Notes under the pieces: model-generated
What the model was told of the DNA's origin: nothing
What the model saw: only the letters and a program-made list of their open reading frames with translations
The model's database searches: none
Translations under genes and position numbers: made by a program
NCBI GenBank assembly: GCA_963691875.1
Contig: OY829846.1
Coordinates: 864,001 to 928,000 of the forward strand
DNA from: Aureliella sp.
Lineage (GTDB): Bacteria; Planctomycetota; Planctomycetia; Pirellulales; Pirellulaceae
Length of the DNA stretch: 64,000 nucleotides
Reading direction: 5' to 3'
Part shown: one piece after another, positions 1 to 9,299 of the stretch
Layout: every line of letters starts with the position of its first letter
How positions within the stretch are numbered: the first letter of the stretch is position 1

Positions 1-2
1 AG

Positions 3-1289
3 CCAAACAATCGGGCAGGTTACGCGGTTGCCCGATATCTCGCCGCAGTTGGAAATCCAGCAATAGCGCATCAAATGATGAGGCGGATTGCCCCAACCAA
101 TCGTAAGGGATACGGGCCGGGACACGCATGGCTGGCTGAGGAAAGAGTTGCTCAAACCACGGAGTTCACGAAGGAAGAGATTGAGATTTTTTCGAATGAC
201 CTTGCAGCCGCTTGCAGCTCAAGCGTAGCGAACAAAGCTCTGGTTCAAGCATATGCGAATGTATTGGTTCTGCAACGGAAGACTGAGGAGGCCAAGGAGC
301 TTTTGTCACTGTACGTCGATCAGTACCCAAGGTTGAATGTAACTGTGGCCAAAATTGCTGCGGAAGAAAAAGACGCCCGAAGCTTCCGGCAGTCAGCTGA
401 CCTTGCGAAGCGGTTGTTGGTCGAGAACATTCGCGATTCAAAAACCAGTTCGGTCAGCGATTTTGTCGACCTCGCCATGATCTATGGAAACGAAGGAGAG
501 CTGGACAAGGCAATCAAAGTGGGCAACGTCGGTTTGCAGAGAGCCTTGACCGTGCCCGAAGAATCAACAGCTGATGAAGCGCGTGTACGGCGAGTGTTAG
601 CGATGGCCTATCTGCAAAAGTACATCGATTCGGCTATTTCACAGCCGGACAATCAATCCGAGGTACAGCTTGAGTACCTGGATTTGGCGGTTCGAGCGGA
701 TCCGACTTACCCCGAGGCAATCACTGAAGTCGCCCGAATAGTGGTACAGGGCCGAGAAGCATCAACTGAGATGGTGAGCAAGTTAAAAAGCAGTCTCGCT
801 CAAGGAGTTGCCGCTGCCACGACTCATATGCTGCTGGCAAACCACATGCTCGAAAACAATCAGATGAGCCAAGCCATTCCGCATCTCGAGCAAGCATTGG
901 AGATTCAGCCCGATCATCCGATTGCACTCAACAATCTCGCTTACGCTCTGCTCGACAACCCAGCTTCGTTGCCGCGAGCTCTAGAGCTTGTCGATCGAGG
1001 TCTCAAGATTGCTCGCGATATACCGGGAATCAAAGCCTCAATGCTCGACAGCCGGGGCACTATATTGAGTCGCATGGGGGATCAGCAAGCCGCCATCAAA
1101 GCTTACGTCGCGGCCCTCCGCCTGGCCCCCAGGAAGCTGGCCACCTACGAGAAACTGGCTGAGGCGTACGAGGCCGCCGGGATGATTGACATGGCGAACG
1201 CCCAGCTCAGTCGACTCGAGATCGTCAGGCTCGAAATCGAAGAAGAGCAAAAGAGAACGGCTGACGAGGAGGCCGCAAGCTCTTCTTAG
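3..1289 (+). CDS. Tetratricopeptide-repeat protein, 5'-truncated by the window edge
   Basis: Frame is open from base 3 (PNNRAGYAVARY...) into the listed 75..1289 ORF. Repeated TPR-like helices, e.g. AIPHLEQALEIQPDHPIALNNLAY and LDSRGTIL...AIKAYVAALRLAP. Confidence 0.85.
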   Translation, partial: PNNRAGYAVARYLAAVGNPAIAHQMMRRIAPTNRKGYGPGHAWLAEERVAQTTEFTKEEIEIFSNDLAAACSSSVANKALVQAYANVLVLQRKTEEAKELLSLYVDQYPRLNVTVAKIAAEEKDARSFRQSADLAKRLLVENIRDSKTSSVSDFVDLAMIYGNEGELDKAIKVGNVGLQRALTVPEESTADEARVRRVLAMAYLQKYIDSAISQPDNQSEVQLEYLDLAVRADPTYPEAITEVARIVVQGREASTEMVSKLKSSLAQGVAAATTHMLLANHMLENNQMSQAIPHLEQALEIQPDHPIALNNLAYALLDNPASLPRALELVDRGLKIARDIPGIKASMLDSRGTILSRMGDQQAAIKAYVAALRLAPRKLATYEKLAEAYEAAGMIDMANAQLSRLEIVRLEIEEEQKRTADEEAASSS

Positions 1290-1523
1290 GCTCGCAAGAA
1301 AATCGCGACGCGCAAGCGAGAGATTCCAGTTAATACATCGCTCAACCCCAAGCCAACTCATCGTTTAACGCCAAGCCATAGATGCCGGCTTGCACTCGTA
1401 ACGTCTACTGCAACTTCGCACGTCGCTAGAATAGTCTCGCTGGTGCCGAAGCAACGCCACGCTCGTTACCGCGTTCCGCGGAACTAACCGCCAACGAGCC
1501 AACAGCTATTGGGCAATAGAGGA

Positions 1524-1552
1524 TTGCGGATCTCGTCAAAACGCTCCATAAT
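1524..1552 (+). promoter_or_regulatory. Putative sigma70-type promoter for guaB
   Basis: TTGCGG-17 bp-CATAAT, about 145 bp upstream of the guaB ATG. Confidence 0.5.
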
Positions 1553-1696
1553 GCGGTGCTTCTAAAATAATGCGTTCGCTCTCGAAGTGAACTTCTCTCC
1601 GGGCGAGTCGATGGCCAATTTGGCCCTTCGGACCGCTGGAAGCAACATTGCTTGTGAGCGGCGCGAGTTTTCTAACTCCCAGGATTGACTGCGCTG

Positions 1697-3175
1697 ATGG
1701 ACGACAAGCTGGCTTACTCTGGCATCACTTTTGACGACGTTCTCCTTGAGCCACGATACAGTGAGCTGATGCCGGTAGAAGTGGACGTCTCCACTCAGCT
1801 GACCAAGAAAATCCGTCTCAAGACACCGATGCTTTCTAGCCCCATGGACACGGTGACTGAATCCGAGATGGCCATCGCATTGGCCAAAGTTGGCGGTCTT
1901 GGGATCATCCACAAGAATCTGGACATTGCATCGCAGGCTGAAGAAGTCACCAAAGTTAAGCGCAGCGCCAACGGAATTATAGAAGACCCGGTAACACTCC
2001 ACCCAGATGAGCCAGTTTCTGCAGCCAAGGAGCTGATGGATCAGCAAAACGTATCCGGCGTTCCCATCGAAGGCAACGATGGGCGTTTAGCTGGCATTAT
2101 CACTCGCCGCGACCTCCGCTTCCTAGAGACAGGCGAAACTCCAATCAAAAACGTAATGACGAAGGAAAACCTCGTCACCGCACAGGGAACTGTAACGCTT
2201 GAGGAAGCTGAGAAGATTTTAACGGATAAAAAGGTAGAGAAGCTTTTACTGGTTGACGATAACTTCAAACTAACAGGCCTCATCACGATCAAAGACATCG
2301 ACATGATGAAGCGCTACCCGAATGCATGCAAAGACGAGGGTGGTCGACTTCGAGTCGGGGCGGCGGTTGGAGTTTTTGATTACGAGCGAGCCGAACAGCT
2401 AATCCTGCGAGGTGTGGACATCTTGACTGTGGATTCAGCTCACGGCCACTCCAACAACGTGCTCGAGACTGTTCGAGAGATCAAGAAACGCTGGGACATC
2501 GATGTCATCGCCGGAAACGTGGCCACCTATGAAGGTGCCCGCGACTTGATCGAAGCAGGAGTTGACGCAGTCAAAGTCGGAATCGGCCCAGGTTCCATTT
2601 GCACCACTCGCGTCATCTCCGGAGTCGGTGTCCCGCAAGTCACCGCAGTGTACAACGCAAGCAAGGCAGCTGAACCAACTAGCACGCCTGTAATTGCCGA
2701 CGGTGGAATTCGCTTCAGTGGCGATATCACTAAGGCAATAGCCGCAGGGGCAAGTGCAGTAATGATTGGAGGTCTGTTTGCTGGATTGGCCGAAAGCCCC
2801 GGACGTACCATTTTGTACCAAGGTCGAACCTTCAAGGTTTACCGCGGAATGGGATCTATCGGAGCCATGGTCAAGGGATCGAGTGAACGATATCGCCAGA
2901 GCGGTAACGAGAACTTGATCAAACTCGTTCCTGAGGGTGTTGAAGGTAGAGTTCCATTCAAAGGCCCACTGGCTGATTTCGTTTATCAGCTGGTCGGCGG
3001 CCTGCGAGCTGGAATGGGATACTGTGGCACTCGCAGCATTGATGAGCTTCGTAGGGACGCGAGGTTCATAAAGATTTCAGCCGCAACTGTCAGAGAGAAT
3101 CATCCACATGACATTGCTATCACGCAGGAAGCGCCAAACTACAGCCCTGAGTACGGCTCAGGGGAAAGCAACTAA
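1697..3175 (+). CDS. guaB: Inosine-5'-monophosphate dehydrogenase
   Basis: TFDDVLL, SPMDTVT, a CBS pair, catalytic loop [16 protein letters not shown] and VPEGVEG. Start could instead be TTG 1685; AGGA lies at 1681-1684. Confidence 0.97.
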   Translation: MDDKLAYSGITFDDVLLEPRYSELMPVEVDVSTQLTKKIRLKTPMLSSPMDTVTESEMAIALAKVGGLGIIHKNLDIASQAEEVTKVKRSANGIIEDPVTLHPDEPVSAAKELMDQQNVSGVPIEGNDGRLAGIITRRDLRFLETGETPIKNVMTKENLVTAQGTVTLEEAEKILTDKKVEKLLLVDDNFKLTGLITIKDIDMMKRYPNACKDEGGRLRVGAAVGVFDYERAEQLILRGVDILTVDSAHGHSNNVLETVREIKKRWDIDVIAGNVATYEGARDLIEAGVDAVKVGIGPGSICTTRVISGVGVPQVTAVYNASKAAEPTSTPVIADGGIRFSGDITKAIAAGASAVMIGGLFAGLAESPGRTILYQGRTFKVYRGMGSIGAMVKGSSERYRQSGNENLIKLVPEGVEGRVPFKGPLADFVYQLVGGLRAGMGYCGTRSIDELRRDARFIKISAATVRENHPHDIAITQEAPNYSPEYGSGESN

Positions 3176-3209
3176 GTCAAAACGCAAAGCACTAATCGAG
3201 TCATTGCGA

Positions 3210-4838
3210 ATGAACTTGGTCGCAGGTTGCCTACTTTCTGTCAGCTACGCAGGAAGCAATTTACAAGCTCAGACTTGGGAGCCAACACGGCCACATCAGC
3301 CTGCCTACCAAGCACCAGTTCAACAGGCGAACACGACCGCTGCGAACGCCGAATCTCAAGTTCGATTTGCGGGTTCGACAAGTCGAACTCGCTCGGATGC
3401 AGTTCAACACGATCCTGCCCCTACGCGAAACACTGCGTCGCGTCCAGTCTCCGCTTCGCAAGCAGCTTACAACGAACTCGTTGGCGATTCGAATCAGAAG
3501 TCTCGTCCTGTGCAACCACTACGATGGCGTTCGCCCAAGAACCCTAGCCCTTTGCAGCAAGCTTCTATTCCAGACAAAACCGAAGTGTTCGCCGGACAAA
3601 CTGCCCCGCAACAGATAACTCCTCGGCAAGCATTTGCCGGTGTTCAAAAAACTCTGGCTTTTACCCAAGAGCCTCTCGAGTACTCTGCACCCGTCAACTC
3701 AGCACCACGAGAATTGACAACCGCAAATGTGGCTCCTGTCCTTGTTGGATCGCAGGAATCGCAAGTGGCCGGGCCTTACGAATCTCAAATACGGTTAGCT
3801 TCCTATCAGGACAACGGAATCGACTTGGCACTCCCTCCGGTCACTCGGCCACCGCAGGAAAGCGAAGCGACAGGCCTGTCAGATTTGACGCTTCCGCCAG
3901 TTCAGAATGGGCTTGACCGGGAAATGGGTCGACCAGAAGCAGCTCCGATGCCAAACATGCTTGATCCAAAACGTGAGCAGATTGGCGGCCCAAACGATGA
4001 GCTCGCTCCACTATCAACGAGACCAAGCAGCGAGCGAGATGTGCGAAGTAACCCTTTCGGTGATGAATCCGCACCGAGTCCTGCAGATCGTCGAGGCGCT
4101 GGCGAACAGCCAGCACAAGACGACGAGCTCGAGTCACCAGATCTTACGAAGCGGTCTAATCTTTCCTGCTCCGAGAGACGGGCGAGGTTTCAGTCTCGAT
4201 CGATTCAAGATATCAGCCTTGATATCTCGCCATCGTTCGGCAAAGGACTACACAACACTGCTTCTGATGCAGAACAAGAACGGCTTAACTTTGCGGCGAA
4301 TGCACCTGTACGAGAATGGTTTAACTACAAGGGTGAGCTTGTTACTTCCGGACGCTTGATCGATCTTCGAGGCGACCAAATCATCTTGGATGTTCAAGGG
4401 ACTGAAGAGAAGATCTTGATTCAAGATTTAAGCGACGCTGATCTGGCCTACGTCGGAGAAGCTTGGTACCTACCGCTGGATTGCGGAACAGGTGATCCTC
4501 CGTTCCAGGGACGTGATTTCACTCAAACGATTTATCAGTGGTCTGCACCAGGACATTGCCACAAACCTTTGTATTTCCAGCAAACGCAGCTAGAACGCTA
4601 CGGACACTCTGCCGGCCCGATCATTCAACCGGTCCTCAGCACGGCACACTTCTTCAGTAACATCGCTATTCTTCCTTATCGCATGGGCATCCATCCACCC
4701 AACGAGTGCCAATACAGCATGGGCTACTACCGCCCTGGTGACTGTGCACCTTACATGATGGAACCACTGCCACTCAGCTTGCGGGGCATGGCGACTCAAG
4801 TCACGGCAATGTCCGGTGGAGCTGCTCTGATTCCTTGA
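3210..4838 (+). CDS. Secreted planctomycete-type hypothetical protein: low-complexity linker, SHD1-like module and conserved-looking C-terminus
   Basis: Signal-like N-terminus (MNLVAGCLLSVSYAG..AQ), P/Q/S-rich linker, REWFNYKG...LSDADLAYV (SHD1-like) and a C-terminal HKPLYF..LERYGH..AHFF..GYYRPG block. Start uncertain; the listed 3108 start overlaps guaB. Confidence 0.75.
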   Translation: MNLVAGCLLSVSYAGSNLQAQTWEPTRPHQPAYQAPVQQANTTAANAESQVRFAGSTSRTRSDAVQHDPAPTRNTASRPVSASQAAYNELVGDSNQKSRPVQPLRWRSPKNPSPLQQASIPDKTEVFAGQTAPQQITPRQAFAGVQKTLAFTQEPLEYSAPVNSAPRELTTANVAPVLVGSQESQVAGPYESQIRLASYQDNGIDLALPPVTRPPQESEATGLSDLTLPPVQNGLDREMGRPEAAPMPNMLDPKREQIGGPNDELAPLSTRPSSERDVRSNPFGDESAPSPADRRGAGEQPAQDDELESPDLTKRSNLSCSERRARFQSRSIQDISLDISPSFGKGLHNTASDAEQERLNFAANAPVREWFNYKGELVTSGRLIDLRGDQIILDVQGTEEKILIQDLSDADLAYVGEAWYLPLDCGTGDPPFQGRDFTQTIYQWSAPGHCHKPLYFQQTQLERYGHSAGPIIQPVLSTAHFFSNIAILPYRMGIHPPNECQYSMGYYRPGDCAPYMMEPLPLSLRGMATQVTAMSGGAALIP

Positions 4839-4898
4839 TCCGTTCAACACGCAGCGAAGCGTTCGATTTTACGTTGCTAATCCCCTAGCAATCAATTC

Positions 4899-4940
4899 AA
4901 GACAGCCAGAACAGGCCGAGCCCCGCTCTGGCTGTCTTTA
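4899..4940. terminator. Probable intrinsic terminator between convergent genes
   Basis: 12-bp inverted repeat AAGACAGCCAGA...TCTGGCTGTCTT followed by TATT. Confidence 0.65.
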
Positions 4941-4976
4941 TTATGAATCCCTCAACGAGTTCTCTCGATGCAGGCC

Positions 4977-6074
4977 CTACTGATTCTCCGTTTCGGGAGA
5001 AGCAGCGATCTGTTCCGCTTCACTTTCAGATCGAGAATCGTCCGGCGTCGCCTCTTCGTTCTGCGAGGCGGCTAAGAGTTTCAGATTTTCAATCTGCTCA
5101 TCAATGTCTTCGAGCTCACGCAGCTTTTCCGCACGCATTTTTTCCAGCTTTTCAATTCGCCGCTCTGGCGTGCTTCTGAGCAGGCGATGCAAGAGTTCCA
5201 GAACCAGTAATGCGCGAAAACCACGCATGGCAACGCCCCTTAGGCGATATGCGCGCACCATCTTGGCGACCTGCGACAACCGACTCGCATTTACCAAGTT
5301 CGATGTGCGAAGCACCCTCAGCGATCGCAAGAACGACACAAAGGGTAGCAGGATAATGGCCAGGTCCAGCCAATGCGTCTTGCAGTATTTCAGTTTGTCG
5401 CGTGCTACCGAGAGCATCACGATGAATTCGACGGTAAATGCAAACCAAATCACGCCGGTGCCCATATGAATCAGAGCCCGAAGCCATGGGTGCTCGCTCA
5501 TCTGCTCCTTAAACAAAAATGGCAGACCGAGAACCGGCAGAATGAGCAAGGCGATCCAAATCATCGGAACGCTGAACACACGTTCCAAGCGCCGTCGAAG
5601 ACTGCGGTCAACTTGTTGCCAGCCCCACTTCGGTAACCAGACTTCGTTTACTTCGCCGCGTCGCTGCGCACACATTCTTAGCGGCGGAAAAAGAAGGTAC
5701 AGCCACGAGAAGGGATACATGCCTCGAAATGCCGACCAACTTCGAAGCCGCAGGATGTGAAAAACCTGCTCTAGCAGGAAGAGTGGCCACAGGCAAGAAA
5801 GTAACATGAAGCTCCAGTTACCAAGCCAGAACGCGTTCGTTTGAAAGCAGAGAAGAGATTCACGAGCGGCTGCAGACAATGGCACCGCCAGTGTCTCAGA
5901 TGAACTGTCGCTCTGTGCCGTCGCCGTTTCACTCGCAGCCTCGAATTCCCCCCAGGGTTCGACCCAGAGAACGAGAGTCACCGCAACCACGGCAAGGAAC
6001 AATAAAGAAAGCCCAAACATGATTGGCGCTAGGACACCTTCGATCGGTCGTTCTTTTCGCTCCGTGCTAGTCAA
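4977..6074 (-). CDS. Ion_trans/voltage-sensor-like membrane protein with no pore domain and a C-terminal coiled coil
   Basis: S2-like IWFAFTVEF, S3-like HWLDLAII, S4-like LRSLRVLR, then a heptad-like acidic/basic tail; no TxGYG filter. TTG 6074 follows GGGAAGGG; the listed 6290 start would run up to ribD. Confidence 0.75.
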   Translation of the reverse strand: MTSTERKERPIEGVLAPIMFGLSLLFLAVVAVTLVLWVEPWGEFEAASETATAQSDSSSETLAVPLSAAARESLLCFQTNAFWLGNWSFMLLSCLWPLFLLEQVFHILRLRSWSAFRGMYPFSWLYLLFPPLRMCAQRRGEVNEVWLPKWGWQQVDRSLRRRLERVFSVPMIWIALLILPVLGLPFLFKEQMSEHPWLRALIHMGTGVIWFAFTVEFIVMLSVARDKLKYCKTHWLDLAIILLPFVSFLRSLRVLRTSNLVNASRLSQVAKMVRAYRLRGVAMRGFRALLVLELLHRLLRSTPERRIEKLEKMRAEKLRELEDIDEQIENLKLLAASQNEEATPDDSRSESEAEQIAASPETENQ

Positions 6075-6288
6075 AGAGACGAGCCCTTCCCGTGAGTAGC
6101 TAACTACTAATCTCAACTCCAATTCTTTACCTAATCGTGGGGGAAGGCAAGTCGATCGGAGCAATGTAGTCGAGAAGTTCTGGTCGACATCAAGAGATAT
6201 TCGCCTGAAGTAGGTGATGAATACCATCAGATCCTCGCTTAAACTAATACTTCCGCTAGAGCCAATTCGAAGAGACGCCACAAGCAAC

Positions 6289-7422
6289 ATGAATCACCGA
6301 CAGCAAGACGCCCATTGGATGCGGAAAGCCCTCGGCCTCGCAAAACAGGGGCAAGGACTCGTTGAACCCAATCCAATGGTCGGCTGCGTACTGGTCACAC
6401 AAGATCAGGTCGAGATTGGAGCTGGATTTCACGAGCGTTACGGAGCCGAACATGCTGAGCCGCGCGCGATCCGGGATGCCATAGAACGCGGAAACGAAGC
6501 CCACCTACCGGGCTGCACGGCTTATGTCACCCTTGAGCCTTGTTGCCATCACGGAAAAACGCCACCTTGCACAAGGGCTCTCTTGGACGCGAAGGTTGCT
6601 CGAGTCGTCGTCGCCATGCAAGATCCATTCGCCGAAGTCGCAGGGCGGGGCCTAAATCTGCTTCGGCAAGCCGGGATGGAGGTCGCTACTGGGATCGAAG
6701 AAGCTAGCGCGCGTGAACTCAACGCCCCTTATTTATTGCGACTGGAGAACGCCAGACCTTGGATCATTGGCAAGTGGGCGATGAGCCTGGATGGAAAGAT
6801 CGCGACGCATCGCCAGGATAGTCAGTGGATCTCTTCGCCCACTAGCCGCGAGTACGTCCATCGCCTGCGTGGTCGAGTTGATGCAATTATGGTCGGGATC
6901 GACACGGCACTTGCTGACAATCCGATGCTCACGTGTCGATCCGAGAAGCCGGCTCAACGCATTGCGCATCGTGTTATTCTAGACTCTCGGGCTCGCCTGC
7001 CGGTTGAATCCAAGCTGGCTCAAACTGCTAAGGATGCTCCAGTGACGCTTGTCGTTGGTCCAGATGCATGCCAAGACAACTGCTCCAAACTCAATTCGCT
7101 TGGTGTAGAAATCTTCACCGTTGAAGAATCTGCTGCGTCTGCGCGTCTGCAAGTCGCTTTGCGGAGTCTGGCTACCGAGAAGGGGACCACCAACTTACTG
7201 TGCGAAGGCGGCGGCGGAGTGCTTGGTTCATTGCACGACGCGGGCATGCTCGATGAGCTAGAAGTATTCATTGCTCCCAAGCTCATCGGAAATCAGAACG
7301 CCATCAGCCCCATTGGGGGCGCAGGCATAGGATTCGTTTGCGATAGCGCCACTTATCAGCTGGCCGACCACGAACTGCTTGAACAAGACATCCACACCCG
7401 CTACCGCCGCCATCACCCTTAG
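6289..7422 (+). CDS. ribD: Bifunctional riboflavin deaminase/reductase RibD
   Basis: PNPMVGCV, HAE, TLEPCCHHGKTPPC, KWAMSLDGKIA and EGGG motifs. Confidence 0.95.
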   Translation: MNHRQQDAHWMRKALGLAKQGQGLVEPNPMVGCVLVTQDQVEIGAGFHERYGAEHAEPRAIRDAIERGNEAHLPGCTAYVTLEPCCHHGKTPPCTRALLDAKVARVVVAMQDPFAEVAGRGLNLLRQAGMEVATGIEEASARELNAPYLLRLENARPWIIGKWAMSLDGKIATHRQDSQWISSPTSREYVHRLRGRVDAIMVGIDTALADNPMLTCRSEKPAQRIAHRVILDSRARLPVESKLAQTAKDAPVTLVVGPDACQDNCSKLNSLGVEIFTVEESAASARLQVALRSLATEKGTTNLLCEGGGGVLGSLHDAGMLDELEVFIAPKLIGNQNAISPIGGAGIGFVCDSATYQLADHELLEQDIHTRYRRHHP

Positions 7423-7523
7423 CTTGCGGAGGCTGGGCAAGCCCCGCTTAACGCATGGCCGGCCCCGTGGAGATTCCTCCCTCCATCCGGAAGTAGCAGG
7501 AGTGGCAACAGCCGATAAAACGA

Positions 7524-8585
7524 CTACTTGCTCTTGAGCAGTTCAACCATGGCCTTGCCCATCGCTTCACCAACATTCATGTAGGTTTCTGCGTTTCCAC
7601 CATAGTGGCTGTTGGAAGCACCACCTTTCGAGAGCGGGTGGGTGTAGACACTGGCAACGTTGCCAGCATACTCAGGGTACTTCCCAGCCTTTCCATCGAC
7701 AGAAAGCTGTGCGTTGAGGATCAGTCCCTCGTTGCCTTCGGCACCTTTCTCCGTTTGGCCAAGTGTCGCGCAGACGAACTTCGCGTCAGGAGCATCAAAG
7801 TCCTTTCGCAGCTGATGAATCAGCTGCACCAAGTTCTTTTCGTATTGGGCGGCATGTCCGGCGTTGTACCGATCCTTGTCACCTTGCCAAAAGAAGAAGC
7901 CTGCAATCTCATAGCTAGTTGCGTCCGGATAGTATTTGCCTAGATCTTCCAACACTGCCTTGGCTCGAGCGATATCCCCGTCATACTGCATGCCCGCATA
8001 CCAAGTGATAGGCTTCGGCTCAGAACCAACTTCCCACTTCAGTGGCGATTCTTTGTAGCCAGCGTAGTGAAACTTCTTGTCCTTTTCGACGAACTCGAAA
8101 GAGTCGCTGCCGGGAGGCAGGAGGTCCCATCCCAAGCTACGATTGCCAATGCAACTTTTGAGAATCATCACGGGTGCATCCACTGCCTCGCCGACATGAT
8201 GACCGATTCCGAATTCGGGCCCGATCTTACCGCCCTTGATTGTCATCCACTCGTTATTGAAATGACGACTTCCTCCAGTTCCACTGCCCATCACGCGGAC
8301 ATTGCGCACATCTTTCCGAACGGTCCACTCTCCGTTGGCATCGACCAAGTAGGGGTAAAGACCTTTCTCGCTCACCGCATTACGCAATGAACCTTCTGGC
8401 TTCTTGCCACCTTCGACTTTTCCAGCTCCCAACATGTTGGACTGGCCAAGCAGGATGAACACCTGAACGGGCTTGGTGACATCTCCTGGTTTCCCATCGG
8501 GGTCTGGTAGCTCATGCGCGAAGAGACTTGCGTAGGGGAAAAATAAAAGAGCAAGGCAAACTTGACGAACGCATAGTTGAAGCAT
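7524..8585 (-). CDS. Secreted SGNH/SASA (sialate O-acetylesterase-like, CE6-type) esterase
   Basis: Signal peptide, GQSNM, GPEFG, FFWQGDKD and C-terminal SNSHY. Confidence 0.8.
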   Translation of the reverse strand: MLQLCVRQVCLALLFFPYASLFAHELPDPDGKPGDVTKPVQVFILLGQSNMLGAGKVEGGKKPEGSLRNAVSEKGLYPYLVDANGEWTVRKDVRNVRVMGSGTGGSRHFNNEWMTIKGGKIGPEFGIGHHVGEAVDAPVMILKSCIGNRSLGWDLLPPGSDSFEFVEKDKKFHYAGYKESPLKWEVGSEPKPITWYAGMQYDGDIARAKAVLEDLGKYYPDATSYEIAGFFFWQGDKDRYNAGHAAQYEKNLVQLIHQLRKDFDAPDAKFVCATLGQTEKGAEGNEGLILNAQLSVDGKAGKYPEYAGNVASVYTHPLSKGGASNSHYGGNAETYMNVGEAMGKAMVELLKSK

Positions 8586-9299
8586 GAATTATCCTTATGA
8601 GATTAATCGAGAAGAGATGACATGGGAAGGTTCCAGTGATGTTTCTAAGAGATCGCATGGAAGCCTATTATTGTACCTCGATAATCACAACAAAGATGGC
8701 CGAACGCTGCGAAAGCTATAGCAATCGTTGTTTCAATCAGCGTATTTTCGAATCTCGAAGCGTTTACTTGGGATCAGATTCTTCCCGAGCTCAGCTTTAG
8801 CCCCCCAATGAATATCAAACCAAGAAAGCCGCCGGCAGCAAAGAAACAACTTGCAGGTATATCCAGAAGCTTGAAAGCCTCTTGTTTGGTTGCGCCATTC
8901 GACGCCTATGACCGCCGGCGATTCGTAAGGATCGAGCTCCATCGAGAATGTCATCCTCCAAGGAGCCCAAATTTTCAAGGACCAATAAAGCTTCTTCGGA
9001 TAGTAGGGCGATTGGTGCCACAGTCGTCTGCATTGTTTTAGACAGAGTCGCATCTGTTGGCACTGCACGAATTCACACGACCAACTACCTGGAGCTAAAC
9101 GCAATGTGATTTATCTGGGAGTTAGCAGCCAGCGCCTATGTCGTGCTCACCACCTACTGGTATTCCACGTAAATTACCGTTGCGGGGTGTGCCACGCTTC
9201 GAATCATTGAGACTCTGGACTTACATCGGCTCACAAGTGTCTGCTTACCGACGACACAACCACTTCAAGAGTTCCAAAATCTCGTCACCAGGAAGCAAT

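Noticed and set aside
6075..6288. FMN riboswitch upstream of ribD, or long N-terminal extensions of the two divergent ORFs
   Set aside because: No RFN-like consensus recognised; the extensions overlap each other and precede better-supported starts.
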